From NCBI GenBank assembly GCA_900547955.1, contig URIR01000002.1:26943-90942 (forward strand): 64,000 bases of DNA, written 5' to 3'. The first letter of the stretch is position 1. Every line of letters begins with the position of its first letter. A program made the translations under genes and the position numbers. The notes under the pieces are model-generated. The model was not told where the DNA came from, did no database searches, and saw only the letters and a program-made list of their open reading frames with translations. Positions 10,504 through 19,954 of this stretch are shown one piece after another. The DNA is from an uncultured Eubacteriales bacterium. Lineage in GTDB: Bacteria; Bacillota; Clostridia; Christensenellales; QALW01.

Positions 10504-10755
10504 TTGAACTGCAGCGTCGAGGAACGCGCCATATTACTTGGCAACTACATAGCCGAAAACAACGCGACCGTTCGTACTGCCGCAAATCAGTTTTCAGTTA
10601 GCAAAAGCACCGTACATAAAGACGTAACCTACAGACTCAGCAGAATTAATCCGCAGCTTTATGAGAGAGTAAAGCTGGTACTGGATACCAACAAAGCAGA
10701 AAGGCATCTCCGCGGCGGCCAGGCTACTCGAAAAAAATACAGAAATCAAAGCTAA
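10504..10755 (+). CDS. spoIIID: sporulation transcriptional regulator SpoIIID
   Basis: 83 aa with ...ERAILLGNYIAENNATVRTAANQFSVSKSTVHKDV...KAERHLRGG, the SpoIIID HTH signature. It uses a TTG start with a GAGGGTG RBS. Confidence 0.9.
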   Translation: MNCSVEERAILLGNYIAENNATVRTAANQFSVSKSTVHKDVTYRLSRINPQLYERVKLVLDTNKAERHLRGGQATRKKYRNQS

Positions 10756-10793
10756 CAGACCATGCGCACCGCTCTTAAGAGCATAAAATAAAC

Positions 10794-10828
10794 ACGGCTC
10801 AGGCTATAAGCCTGAGCCGTAAAATTTA
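10794..10828. terminator. bidirectional terminator between spoIIID and rnpB
   Basis: An 11-bp hairpin (ACGGCTCAGGC-TATAA-GCCTGAGCCGT) has T-rich tracts on both strands. Confidence 0.7.
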
Positions 10829-10835
10829 TATAAAA

Positions 10836-11166
10836 TTGAGACGGGCCTGTAAGCCGAGTTCTGTCGTGAATGACCATCTATCTATTCCCGCCGTTGCCGA
10901 ACGGGCTTAAGCGATTACCTGGAAGCCGGCGGACAACCGTTAATGCTTCGCTATCAATCTTGCTCCGGATGGGGTTTACAGGGCCTGCAAGTCGCCAAGC
11001 AGCCGGTGAGCTCTTACCTCGCCTTTCCACCCTTACCTGCAAAGGCAGGCGGTATATCTCTGTTGCACTCTCCTTGGAGTCGCCTCCACCGGATGTTATC
11101 CGGCATCCTGTCCTGCGGAGCTCGGACTTTCCTCGTATTTTCACCGCGGTCATTCGGCCCGCTCAA
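10836..11166 (-). ncRNA. rnpB: RNase P RNA (bacterial type)
   Basis: On the minus strand it contains CGAGGAAAGTCCGAGCTCCGCAGG (the P4 5' strand) near 11120-11142. It also contains TAGATGGTCATTCACGACAGAACTCGGCTTACAGG (the P4 3' strand / conserved 3' region) near 10848-10880. The termini TTGAGCGGGCC and GGCCCGTCTCAA can form P1. The ends are approximate. Confidence 0.9.
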
Positions 11167-11168
11167 TC

Positions 11169-11876
11169 TTATTCAACGTAAAGCAGCCTGGCGCAGTTTT
11201 CGCATTCCACAATTTCCTTGCCGCTGGAAACCTGCTTGGCCAGAGCGCTGGGAAGCTCCATATTGCATCCCGAACACTTAGTGCCCTCCAGTTTTGCCGT
11301 GGGCACTATCCTATGCTGCCGCAGATTTTTATATTTAGCCAGCAATTCGGGAGAAACATCCTTTTCCGCTTCATCCCTTTTCCTGCGCGCCTCCTCAATA
11401 TCCGGCATAGCCTGCTTAAGTCTTTTTTCATAGGCCTCCTTGCATTGAGCAAATTCATCGCGCGCCTTTGCCGCGCGCTCAGTCATTTCCTTCAGCTTTT
11501 TTTCAGTCTGTTCCGCTGAAAGCAATATCCTTTTAACGCTCTCGGTAAGGCCCGCCGCCTTTTCAGAAAGCTTTTTAAGGCGCTTGCTCTCCTCGGCATA
11601 TTGTTCAAGCTGTTCAAAGCCTCCCTGCACTCTGGCTCCGCATTGCTGTATTTCACTCACCAGCTCGTCGCTCTGCTTCTGCAAAAGCAGCATATCCTGC
11701 TTGAGCTTCTGAAGCATTATTCCTAATTTTTTACGGCTGTCGTTAGCACTTTCAAATATCTGCTTAAGCTGATTCGCCTTTTTACGCTCTTCGCAGTTTT
11801 TTACCTCTCTCTCCACTCTGTCCGCGTCGAGATCCAACGCCTGATAATCAAGCAGCTTTTTAAAATTCTGGGTCAT
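11169..11876 (-). CDS. coiled-coil protein with C-terminal C4 zinc ribbon (COG1579/DUF164-like)
   Basis: A long heptad-rich region ends in CSGCNMELP...CENC. It has the usual partnership with the upstream Nif3-family gene. The ATG at 11876 is preceded by GGGAGG. Confidence 0.7.
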   Translation of the reverse strand: MTQNFKKLLDYQALDLDADRVEREVKNCEERKKANQLKQIFESANDSRKKLGIMLQKLKQDMLLLQKQSDELVSEIQQCGARVQGGFEQLEQYAEESKRLKKLSEKAAGLTESVKRILLSAEQTEKKLKEMTERAAKARDEFAQCKEAYEKRLKQAMPDIEEARRKRDEAEKDVSPELLAKYKNLRQHRIVPTAKLEGTKCSGCNMELPSALAKQVSSGKEIVECENCARLLYVE

Positions 11877-11893
11877 AATATATACGCCTCCCG

Positions 11894-12700
11894 TTAATAG
11901 CTCTCTGAACAATAAGGGTCTATAAACCCGGCGTCCAAAACAGTTATTTTATATTGTAACTCATTTAGCTCATTTTGTAAATGGCTAATAATGCGCGGAA
12001 TTATTGGCTGCTCGGTATGGTAATGCCCTGCCTCTATACAGGAAACGCCCGCCGCCTTTAATTTCAGCATATCATGATATTTAAGCTCCCCCGTAAAAAA
12101 CGTATCCGCGCCCGACGCAATAACTTCATCCGTCATTCCCGAGCCAGAACCGCTGCAAACCGCTATTTTAGCCGCGCTGTCCTTTTGGCCGCGCGAATAG
12201 CGCACAAAGGAGGAATGAAGCGTTTTACCTATCCGGCCGGCCAGGCTCTTAAGCCCTTCGGGAGCTATGTTTCCAATACGGCAGCAGTAAACGGTCCTGC
12301 CATTAAGCATGCTTTGAGGATAAAAGCCCTCTACATCATGAAGTCCTATAAGCTCGCACAAGCAGTCGTTCACTCCCCCTGCGCAGGCGTCCAGAGGGGT
12401 ATGCGAGCTATAGAGAGCTATTCCCTCCCGCAGCAGCTTTAAAAGCAATTTCCCCTCATAGCTTTGAGAGGTTACCTCAGAAAGAGGGCGAAATATAAGC
12501 GGATGATGGGTAATAATAAGCCCTGCTCCCTGCCGCGCGGCCATATCTATAACCTGTCCGCTAAGCTCCAGAGCGCAAAGCACCTTATCCGTCTCCGCTT
12601 CCATGCTCCCCGCCTGAAAGCCCGAATTATCAAAATCTGCCTGAGTACAGCTTGGAGCCAGCTTCTCCATTATATCCACTATTTTCCTTATTTTAACCAT
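11894..12700 (-). CDS. Nif3-like dinuclear metal center protein (GTP cyclohydrolase 1 type 2 homolog)
   Basis: Has NSGFQ, the ITHHPLIF motif and a C-terminal GHYHTE. It sits in the conserved sigA-trmK-nif3 order. Confidence 0.85.
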   Translation of the reverse strand: MVKIRKIVDIMEKLAPSCTQADFDNSGFQAGSMEAETDKVLCALELSGQVIDMAARQGAGLIITHHPLIFRPLSEVTSQSYEGKLLLKLLREGIALYSSHTPLDACAGGVNDCLCELIGLHDVEGFYPQSMLNGRTVYCCRIGNIAPEGLKSLAGRIGKTLHSSFVRYSRGQKDSAAKIAVCSGSGSGMTDEVIASGADTFFTGELKYHDMLKLKAAGVSCIEAGHYHTEQPIIPRIISHLQNELNELQYKITVLDAGFIDPYCSESY

Positions 12701-13392
12701 TTCAAGCCCTCCCTATAAAACTCCGCTTGTTTTTTCAGCTCGGTTCCCTCGTTCAGGCGCCCGCCCTTTTGCATCTGCTTAAGCGCTCTTTGACATACCT
12801 CCAGCCTATATTCCAAAAAACCTTTCATCTCGCAGTCCTGCCTAACCAGCGGCGCCCGCGGCACATATAAAAACATTCCCTTTTCAGGGCTGCGTTTAAG
12901 CCCGTCCCACCGGCATTTTATTATCTCGTAAAACCTGGTGCGGCCGTTATGCTCCCGAGCGATTCCCTCATCTAATATTTCAAAGCCCATATCCGGCAGC
13001 GCCCCTCTTAACCTATACGCCTCGCTCATGGGCTGAAGAATATACACGCTTTCGAGCACATCGCCATTGTTCAGCATTCCAGCTATAGTTACGCCGCTCA
13101 GCCCGGCTATAACCACAGATTGAGCCTCGCCTTTACGCAGAACCTTTAAACCGTCTCCCTGCCGGAACTGCATTTTATTCTCTATATTCAGCCTGCGCGC
13201 TAAACTTCTGGCCTTATCCAAAGATTTTTCGCTTATATCCGCAGCTATTACGCTTTGAGCTATTCCGCTCTGAATTAAATACGCTCCCAGCCGTCCATGG
13301 TCGCAGCCTATATCCGCCGCGCATTGGCTCTTATCCAGCATGCCTGTTATTTTTTTCTGTCTCTCGGTAAGCCTGAGCAAAATATCCTCCAT
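12688..13392 (-). CDS. trmK: tRNA (adenine(22)-N(1))-methyltransferase
   Basis: ADIGCDHGRLGAYL is a SAM-binding motif typical of TrmK. The gene lies immediately downstream of sigA. Confidence 0.8.
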   Translation of the reverse strand: MEDILLRLTERQKKITGMLDKSQCAADIGCDHGRLGAYLIQSGIAQSVIAADISEKSLDKARSLARRLNIENKMQFRQGDGLKVLRKGEAQSVVIAGLSGVTIAGMLNNGDVLESVYILQPMSEAYRLRGALPDMGFEILDEGIAREHNGRTRFYEIIKCRWDGLKRSPEKGMFLYVPRAPLVRQDCEMKGFLEYRLEVCQRALKQMQKGGRLNEGTELKKQAEFYREGLKWLK

Positions 13393-13428
13393 AAAAAAAC
13401 GCGGCCTATTTATAAAGCCGCGCGTTTA

Positions 13429-14562
13429 TCATTCAAGAAAATCCCTCAGCTTGCGGCTGCGGCTCGGATGCCGCAGTTTGCGCAGAGCCTTGGCCTCAAT
13501 CTGTCTTATACGCTCGCGGGTAACGTTAAATTCCTTACCCACCTCCTCCAGAGTCCGCTGATGGCCGTCGTCAATGCCAAAACGCAGGCGCAGCACCTTT
13601 TCCTCGCGCGGGGTAAGGGTATTGAGCACATCCATAAGCTGCTCTTTTAAAAGGGTCGCCGTGGCCGCCTCAGCCGGCGCGGGAACGTCATCATCCGGAA
13701 TAAAATCTCCCAGATGGCTGTCCTCCTCCTCGCCTATCGGAGTTTCCAGCGAAACGGGATCCTGCGCTATTTTCATTATCTCCCGCACCTTTTCAGGAGA
13801 AACTCCCATTTCAGCAGCAATCTCGTCAGGCTGCGGGTCTCTGCCTAATTCCTGAAGCAGCTGGCGTTTTACTCGTGAAAGCTTATTAATGGTTTCAACC
13901 ATATGCACCGGAATGCGTATAGTGCGCGCCTGGTCGGCAATAGCCCTGGTTATCGCCTGTCTAATCCACCAAGTCGCATAGGTGGAAAATTTATAGCCCT
14001 TTGTATAATCAAATTTTTCCACAGCCTTAATAAGGCCCAGATTGCCCTCCTGAATAAGGTCCAAAAACAGCATGCCCCGTCCTACGTATCTTTTAGCTAT
14101 GCTCACCACAAGCCTTAAATTAGCCTCTGCTAATTTTTCCCGAGCCGATTCATCCCCGTTAGCTATACGTGTCGCTATCTCTACCTCCTGGTCGGCCGTA
14201 AGCAAGGAAATCTTGCCCATTTCCTTCAGGTACATGCGCACAGGGTCGTCTATGCTGACTGAATCAGGGAGATTGGGTATAACCTCCGGCTGTGTTTCCA
14301 AAACCTCTATTATGTTATCCAATTCTGATATATCGTCGCTCGTTACTTTAATGCCCAGCTTTTCCAGCTCGTCATAAATACGCTCGGATATCTCCAAATC
14401 ATATTCTACGCCCTCAAATAAATCTATTACCTCCGAATAAGTGAGCGCATTTTTAAGCGCGCCCTGGCGCACTTTATTATATACGTCTGCAATGCGCTTA
14501 TTAACCTCTTCAGACAGGCCGTTATCCTTGAGCTTGTCCATTATATCCGTGCTTTCATTCAT
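13429..14562 (-). CDS. rpoD: primary RNA polymerase sigma factor (sigma-70/SigA)
   Basis: Region 2 ([39 protein letters not shown]), region 3 and region 4 ([20 protein letters not shown]) are all present. It lies downstream of dnaG. Confidence 0.95.
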   Translation of the reverse strand: MNESTDIMDKLKDNGLSEEVNKRIADVYNKVRQGALKNALTYSEVIDLFEGVEYDLEISERIYDELEKLGIKVTSDDISELDNIIEVLETQPEVIPNLPDSVSIDDPVRMYLKEMGKISLLTADQEVEIATRIANGDESAREKLAEANLRLVVSIAKRYVGRGMLFLDLIQEGNLGLIKAVEKFDYTKGYKFSTYATWWIRQAITRAIADQARTIRIPVHMVETINKLSRVKRQLLQELGRDPQPDEIAAEMGVSPEKVREIMKIAQDPVSLETPIGEEEDSHLGDFIPDDDVPAPAEAATATLLKEQLMDVLNTLTPREEKVLRLRFGIDDGHQRTLEEVGKEFNVTRERIRQIEAKALRKLRHPSRSRKLRDFLE

Positions 14563-14579
14563 TCAAACCCCTCCAAAAT

Positions 14580-16382
14580 TCAATCAGTCCTCAACGCGGA
14601 AATTTTTTTATCCAAATCTCCTATATCCTTAAGCAGCTTCTTAAATTCCTCATCCTCCATATAAAGAGAGGAGGACGTATACTGCGCAAGCTGCTCCTGA
14701 AGCCTCTGTCTTTCACGCTCCAGCCTGTTTCTTTTCAGCCGTCCTAACGCGTCATTCAAATATTGAGCTGGCTGTATAAAATCGGTATTATCAATATATA
14801 TAGCCGATATTATCTCGCTTTTTGCCGCATCCGCCGCATAGTAAAGGGAAATTTCCTTAATCCCTATCGGCTCCGAGCGTTCCCTTCTCTCCTTGAGAAG
14901 CCTGAATAATTCCTTATGCTCAGGCACGCTTAATAATTCCTCAAGGCCGCTTTGAGAAGCGCTGTCAATAAAAGAAGGATATTGCGTCAGCAGTCTCAGA
15001 AGCGCGCGCTCTGCCTGAAGCTGAACATCGGCCGTCTGACGTCTGGCGGCATTATCGCTAAAGCTGGGCCGCGCGTTTATAGCGCCTGCAAGATTCAGCG
15101 CAGCTTCGCTCTGCCGCCCGCCTATATTCTTATAAAGCGCCTCCAGGCTGAAGCCTGTTTGCTGGCTTATGCGCTTTAAATACATTTCAGTTTCTATGCT
15201 GTCAAAAGCATACTGCGCCACTATTTTGCTTCCTTCAAAGGCCGCCTTAGCCCTGGCTTCATCGCTGCTTAAATCGGCCAGCGCTTCATCTAGAAGATAG
15301 TCTATTCCCCATTTGGCCGAATTCATACTATCCGCATAAGCCTGCGGGCCTAATTCGCGCATATATTCATCAGGATCCCTGCCGCCCTCCAGCGCAATCA
15401 CTCTAACCCGCAGCTTTTCTGCACGCGCCAGCTCTATAGCTCTATGAGTAGCGCTGACGCCCGCCTTATCGCCGTCGTAGGAAACATATATTTCAGGCGC
15501 GTATCTGCTGACCAATTTTATCTGATCCCTGGTCAGCGCCGTGCCCAGAGAAGCCACCGCATAATCGTATCCATTGGCGTTAAGCGATATAACGTCCATA
15601 TAGCCCTCGGATATAATGGCTTTTTTAGCTCTGCTCTTTTTGAGCAGGTTAAGCGAATAAAGATTCTTTCTCTTGTTAAAAACCGGCGTGTCCCCAGTAT
15701 TAAGATATTTAGGCTCAGTTTTATCCATTACCCGTCCGCCGAAGGCTATAACCTCGCCGTAAGTGTTAATTATCGGGAACATGACCCGGTTGCGGAAAAA
15801 ATCCCGCGGGCCCGAATCAGCCATAACGCATAAGCCGCTCTCTATCAATTCGGAGGAAGCAAATTCCTTACCTGAAAGATATTTAAAAAGCTCGCTGCGC
15901 GCATTGGGAGCATAGCCCAGGCCAAAGCGTTTTATTATTCTGTCCTCCAGCCCTCTGCCCCGAAGATAATTGAGCGCCTCCGCCCCTTCGGGAAGATACA
16001 GCAATTCATGATAAAAGCGCGCCGCCTGCCTGTTGGCCTCCAAAAGCCTGGTCTTCTTTTCCCTGCTTATTCCCCGGCCCTCCGTCTGCTCAGGCAACGG
16101 CATATTAACTCGGTTAGCCAGGAATTTAACCGCCTCCACAAAATCCAGGCCTTCTATTTTCATTATGAATGTATATACGTTCCCGCTTGCCTGGCAGCCA
16201 AAGCAATGAAAAAGCTGCTTGTCCGCGTCCACATGGAAGGAAGGGGTCTTTTCCCTGTGAAAAGGGCAAAGCCCGACATAGCTGCGCCCCGAATTTTTCA
16301 GAGTAACATAATCCGAAATAACATCCACTATATCCGCCTTATCCGAAAGGCTCTCAAGAAAATCCTGCGAAAAAAAGGGCAT
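14580..16382 (-). CDS. dnaG: DNA primase
   Basis: Has a zinc ribbon (CPFHREKTPSFHV...FHCFGC) and a TOPRIM region (EGYMDVISL). 600 aa. Confidence 0.95.
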   Translation of the reverse strand: MPFFSQDFLESLSDKADIVDVISDYVTLKNSGRSYVGLCPFHREKTPSFHVDADKQLFHCFGCQASGNVYTFIMKIEGLDFVEAVKFLANRVNMPLPEQTEGRGISREKKTRLLEANRQAARFYHELLYLPEGAEALNYLRGRGLEDRIIKRFGLGYAPNARSELFKYLSGKEFASSELIESGLCVMADSGPRDFFRNRVMFPIINTYGEVIAFGGRVMDKTEPKYLNTGDTPVFNKRKNLYSLNLLKKSRAKKAIISEGYMDVISLNANGYDYAVASLGTALTRDQIKLVSRYAPEIYVSYDGDKAGVSATHRAIELARAEKLRVRVIALEGGRDPDEYMRELGPQAYADSMNSAKWGIDYLLDEALADLSSDEARAKAAFEGSKIVAQYAFDSIETEMYLKRISQQTGFSLEALYKNIGGRQSEAALNLAGAINARPSFSDNAARRQTADVQLQAERALLRLLTQYPSFIDSASQSGLEELLSVPEHKELFRLLKERRERSEPIGIKEISLYYAADAAKSEIISAIYIDNTDFIQPAQYLNDALGRLKRNRLERERQRLQEQLAQYTSSSLYMEDEEFKKLLKDIGDLDKKISALRTD

Positions 16383-16470
16383 CCGTTTATATTCTCACTC
16401 ACTCGTAAAAAAATTCACTTAGCTAACATTCGACAAACGCACGGTTTTTCCTGCAAAAAAATTCACAGCT

Positions 16471-17442
16471 TCAGTATTTGTTCCATGCGTCGGGCATAAA
16501 TATACGCTTAAATTCGTTTATTGCGTAAACGTCCGTCATGCCGGCTATATAATCGCCCACAGCCTGTTCCCCTTCTTCCTGAGTATAGTGAGGTATTTCC
16601 TCGGTATGTTCTATATAATACTCAAACAGCATTCTTACTATCCGCTCGGCCTTTTTTTCCTCTTTTTTAGCCTCGCTTTGGCTGTTGTATATATTATCAA
16701 ACATAAACTGTCTTAATTCATCCATTACCGTCTGTATTTCAGCCGGCATTTTTATCTCCCCGCCGCCGCTGCCCGCAATCACGGCGCGCACCAGAGTATC
16801 TATGCGTTTGCCGTGAGTATTGCCCAGCACGTCCGAAATATGCTTTGGTATATCCTCATCCGAAAGAATGCCCGCTCTTATTGCGTCGTCTATATCGTGG
16901 TTAATATAGGCTATCCGGTCGGCGTAGCGTACAATTCTACCCTCCAGCGTATCAGCAGAGCGGCCGCCAGTATGACAGAGTATGCCGTCCCTCACCTCAT
17001 ATGTAAGATTAAGCCCCTCTAATACGTCTACCACCCGAAGGCTCTGCTTATTATGCTCAAAGCCGGCGCTCATAAGCGAATTAAGAGTGCGCTCACCCGC
17101 GTGGCCAAAGGGAGTATGTCCTAAATCATGGCCCAGAGAAATGGCTTCCACCAAATCCTCATTAAGCCTCAGGGCCCTGGCTATTGTGCGCGCTACCTGG
17201 CTTACCTCCAGCGTATGAGTAAGCCGTGTGCGGTAATGGTCTCCCGTAGGAGAAAGGAATACCTGCGTTTTATGCTTAAGCCGCCTAAAGGTCTTGCTGT
17301 GCAGTATCCTGTCTCTATCCCTCTGAAACTCCGTCCGCAAATCGCATTTTTCCATGGGCATTAGCCGGCCCTTAGTAAGAGCGCTCTTGGCCGCATACGG
17401 GCTCAAAAACTCCATTTCGGCCTTTTCCAAATCCGCACGCAT
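16471..17442 (-). CDS. dGTP triphosphohydrolase-like HD-domain protein
   Basis: FQRDRDRILHS, RTRLTHTLEV and GHDLGHTPFGH are HD motifs. The ATG at 17442 has a GGAGGA RBS, and the upstream 40 codons of the ORF are unlikely to be coding. Confidence 0.85.
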   Translation of the reverse strand: MRADLEKAEMEFLSPYAAKSALTKGRLMPMEKCDLRTEFQRDRDRILHSKTFRRLKHKTQVFLSPTGDHYRTRLTHTLEVSQVARTIARALRLNEDLVEAISLGHDLGHTPFGHAGERTLNSLMSAGFEHNKQSLRVVDVLEGLNLTYEVRDGILCHTGGRSADTLEGRIVRYADRIAYINHDIDDAIRAGILSDEDIPKHISDVLGNTHGKRIDTLVRAVIAGSGGGEIKMPAEIQTVMDELRQFMFDNIYNSQSEAKKEEKKAERIVRMLFEYYIEHTEEIPHYTQEEGEQAVGDYIAGMTDVYAINEFKRIFMPDAWNKY

Positions 17443-17829
17443 CCTAATATTCCTCCTTTTTTCCCTATGGCTCTTAATCCTCTCTTTACATTTTATTTGC
17501 CCGGCCCTGCATAAATCCGTGAGGAAAAACGCGATAAAACCGGTATATATTTCCAGCAGCAATAAGCTAAAACCAAGAATCCGCCTCTCTGCCGCGGGCT
17601 GCGCCCTGAATGCTACGCCTGTTCAAGACTAATATTATAATTAAACGTCCGGCTTAAAATTCCTTTATTTTTAGATATGCAATATAATTTGCAACATACT
17701 GATTCATACACCCATATGGCGCTTAAACGACTTTTATTGAATCTTAAAAAAGCGACGAAGGCTGAAATACAAATTCAGCTTATAGAAACAGCATTATCCG
17801 ACGCTTCAGCGCGGCGCTGCCCTCAATTT

Positions 17830-18822
17830 TTAAGGCAATCGCTTTAAAAGCACGGTTATTTCGCTTCTGTTATGAAACAGCTGACGCGCGCCTACAAGCT
17901 CATAGCATTTTAAAAGCACCTTTTCCGCGTCATTAATCTGCTTAAGAGGATTATTCCCCGTAAGCTTAAGAGTTATAAGCGCAAACCCGCCCTCAAGCAG
18001 CATAGGAGCGCAGAGATTGGTTAAAGCCGCAGATTCCGCCGCGTCCATGCGCATATCGTTAAGCAGCAAATCAAAGCTCTGTTCCGAGCGCTTTACAAAA
18101 TTCTGAGCGGTATCCTGAATGTGCTTTAGCCCCGGCCGGCCCTTAAGCCGCTTATCCAATTCCGCAGGATCTACAGCCGTAACCTCCGCGCCGCGCTCCA
18201 GCGCTATCCGGCTCCAGCCGCCCGGTGCGGCTCCCAAATCCAGCACACGGCTTTGAGGCAATATCTGCACATTCATGCACTTTATAGCCTCCTCCAGCTT
18301 AAATTCAGCCCGCGAAATCTGCTCCTCTCCTTTATGAAAGCGTATTCTTCCTCCCGCCCAGTCGCTTAAATTTTCCTCCGGACTGGATATACCCAAATAC
18401 GCCCGCTCCTTTACAACTATGCTTATTATCCTTTTGGGCGCCCTAACGTCTAAAATACGGCCGGCCGCCGTATACCTGTCTGATAATTCCCGGTTTATAT
18501 CATAGACTTTTAAACTCTGCTTGCCCAGAATCCTGGTCTGCACCGCAAAGCTTAAATCGGGCGGAACATTAAAATTATATAAAGCGGAGCTTATAATCTC
18601 GGCCGGCAAAGGCTCGGCTTCAATCTGCACCGGACAGATATGCCTTATAAAAACAGACTTCTTTAACTTCCTAGATAAGTCCTCAAAAGGCAGGCTGCAT
18701 TCACATAAACAGGTTTCTTCATCCAGCCTTTCTGCAACCCGAGTCAAAGGGTCAATCCGCTTAAGCTCATCTGCGGCATATCTGAAAAAATCCTGTTGAC
18801 AAGAAAAGATTACCCGATTCAT
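17830..18822 (-). CDS. FtsJ/RlmM-like SAM-dependent RNA methyltransferase
   Basis: The C-terminal half has LDLGAAPGGWS, the FtsJ-type SAM motif. The N-terminal half is THUMP-like in size. The substrate cannot be assigned by eye. Confidence 0.6.
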   Translation of the reverse strand: MNRVIFSCQQDFFRYAADELKRIDPLTRVAERLDEETCLCECSLPFEDLSRKLKKSVFIRHICPVQIEAEPLPAEIISSALYNFNVPPDLSFAVQTRILGKQSLKVYDINRELSDRYTAAGRILDVRAPKRIISIVVKERAYLGISSPEENLSDWAGGRIRFHKGEEQISRAEFKLEEAIKCMNVQILPQSRVLDLGAAPGGWSRIALERGAEVTAVDPAELDKRLKGRPGLKHIQDTAQNFVKRSEQSFDLLLNDMRMDAAESAALTNLCAPMLLEGGFALITLKLTGNNPLKQINDAEKVLLKCYELVGARQLFHNRSEITVLLKRLP

Positions 18823-19085
18823 CTCGCACTCCGTAAAATTTTTTATTATTGTACTGCGATTTATACACGCTTGTCAAATTATCTCAGCCAACCAAACCAG
18901 TATTACTTCATATCAGGCCCATACAATGATAAATTTCATTTAAAAATTGACAGTAAATACCAGCCCATTTTTATACCAATTAGTGTCTGAATAAAAATAG
19001 TTCTTATATAAAAAACTAATATCGAATAAAGACAGATTATATAAAAATATAACCTGAAATCTTTAAATTATAACTGGAGGTAAAT

Positions 19086-19679
19086 ATGAAAAAATTTTTG
19101 ACAGCAATAACCGCAATAGCGGCTCTGGCCCTGGCTACAAGCTCTGTTTCGCTTGCATATGACAATTCCGACGCCGATTGGGGCGTAAAGGTGCAGATTC
19201 AGTCGGATGGCAGCGTAAACGTCAGCTATGACGCTGAAAAAGTTAAGGCCACGAAAGAAGGCTGGAACGCCATAAACGCGCACATAGCCATATACGATAC
19301 TGACCCTGGCTTTACCGCCCAAAGCAAAATGGCTGATTTTGAAGGCGGAGATCAGTTGCATTACCCCTATACTGACGCCGTAGCAGGCAACGGCAACGCC
19401 GGCAGAGTAGGAGAAAGCAACACCTATAATATTAAAAAAGGCGCTCTGAACACGCAAACGGCAACCTATCCCTTTGAAGAGGGCAAAACCTATTATGTAT
19501 ATGTTTGCACCAGCGACGGCAACGATTGGTACTGGAACTATAAGCCCACTACCTTCACCTATTCTTTAAGCAGCGAGCAGCCGCCGGCTGATACGGGCGA
19601 CTTTTCCCTCATAGCCTACGCTTTTGCTACTGCGGCAGGCTGCGGAGCTTTAGCTCTAAGAAAAAAGAAAGATTTTTAA
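19086..19679 (+). CDS. secreted, C-terminally anchored surface protein (single repeat domain; paralog of 32556-34465)
   Basis: Signal peptide MKKFLTAITAIAALALATSSVSLA. The domain ends GKTYYVYVC...WYWNYKPTTFTY. The C-terminus is DTGDFSLIAYAFATAAGCGALALRKKKDF, a polar motif followed by an Ala/Gly-rich helix and a basic tail. Confidence 0.7.
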   Translation: MKKFLTAITAIAALALATSSVSLAYDNSDADWGVKVQIQSDGSVNVSYDAEKVKATKEGWNAINAHIAIYDTDPGFTAQSKMADFEGGDQLHYPYTDAVAGNGNAGRVGESNTYNIKKGALNTQTATYPFEEGKTYYVYVCTSDGNDWYWNYKPTTFTYSLSSEQPPADTGDFSLIAYAFATAAGCGALALRKKKDF

Positions 19680-19954
19680 ATAAAAGGATTTATTTTTATT
19701 CTGGCTGAGCATATGCTCGGCAACATAACCAATATTCGCTTTTATAATGGCAGGACTAAAAAGCTAATGCCATATGAGGAAGAAATTTAAAAACAAAATT
19801 GAATAACCTCAAAGTAAATCGGCGGTAAAGAGTAATACTTACCGCCGTTTCATGTATAATGATGATGAAAAAGCTGCAAATTCGTGTTAGAATATAAAAT
19901 ATCCCATAAAAAATCCTATCCAATTTGATTTTGAGACACTAAATTAACGTAATC

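Noticed and set aside
10870-11281. ORFs of 91-112 aa on both strands (10870-11181, 10878-11153, 10943-11281).
   Set aside because: They lie entirely inside the RNase P RNA gene, whose conserved P4 and 3' motifs are unambiguous. They have no RBS and their composition is driven by the structured RNA.
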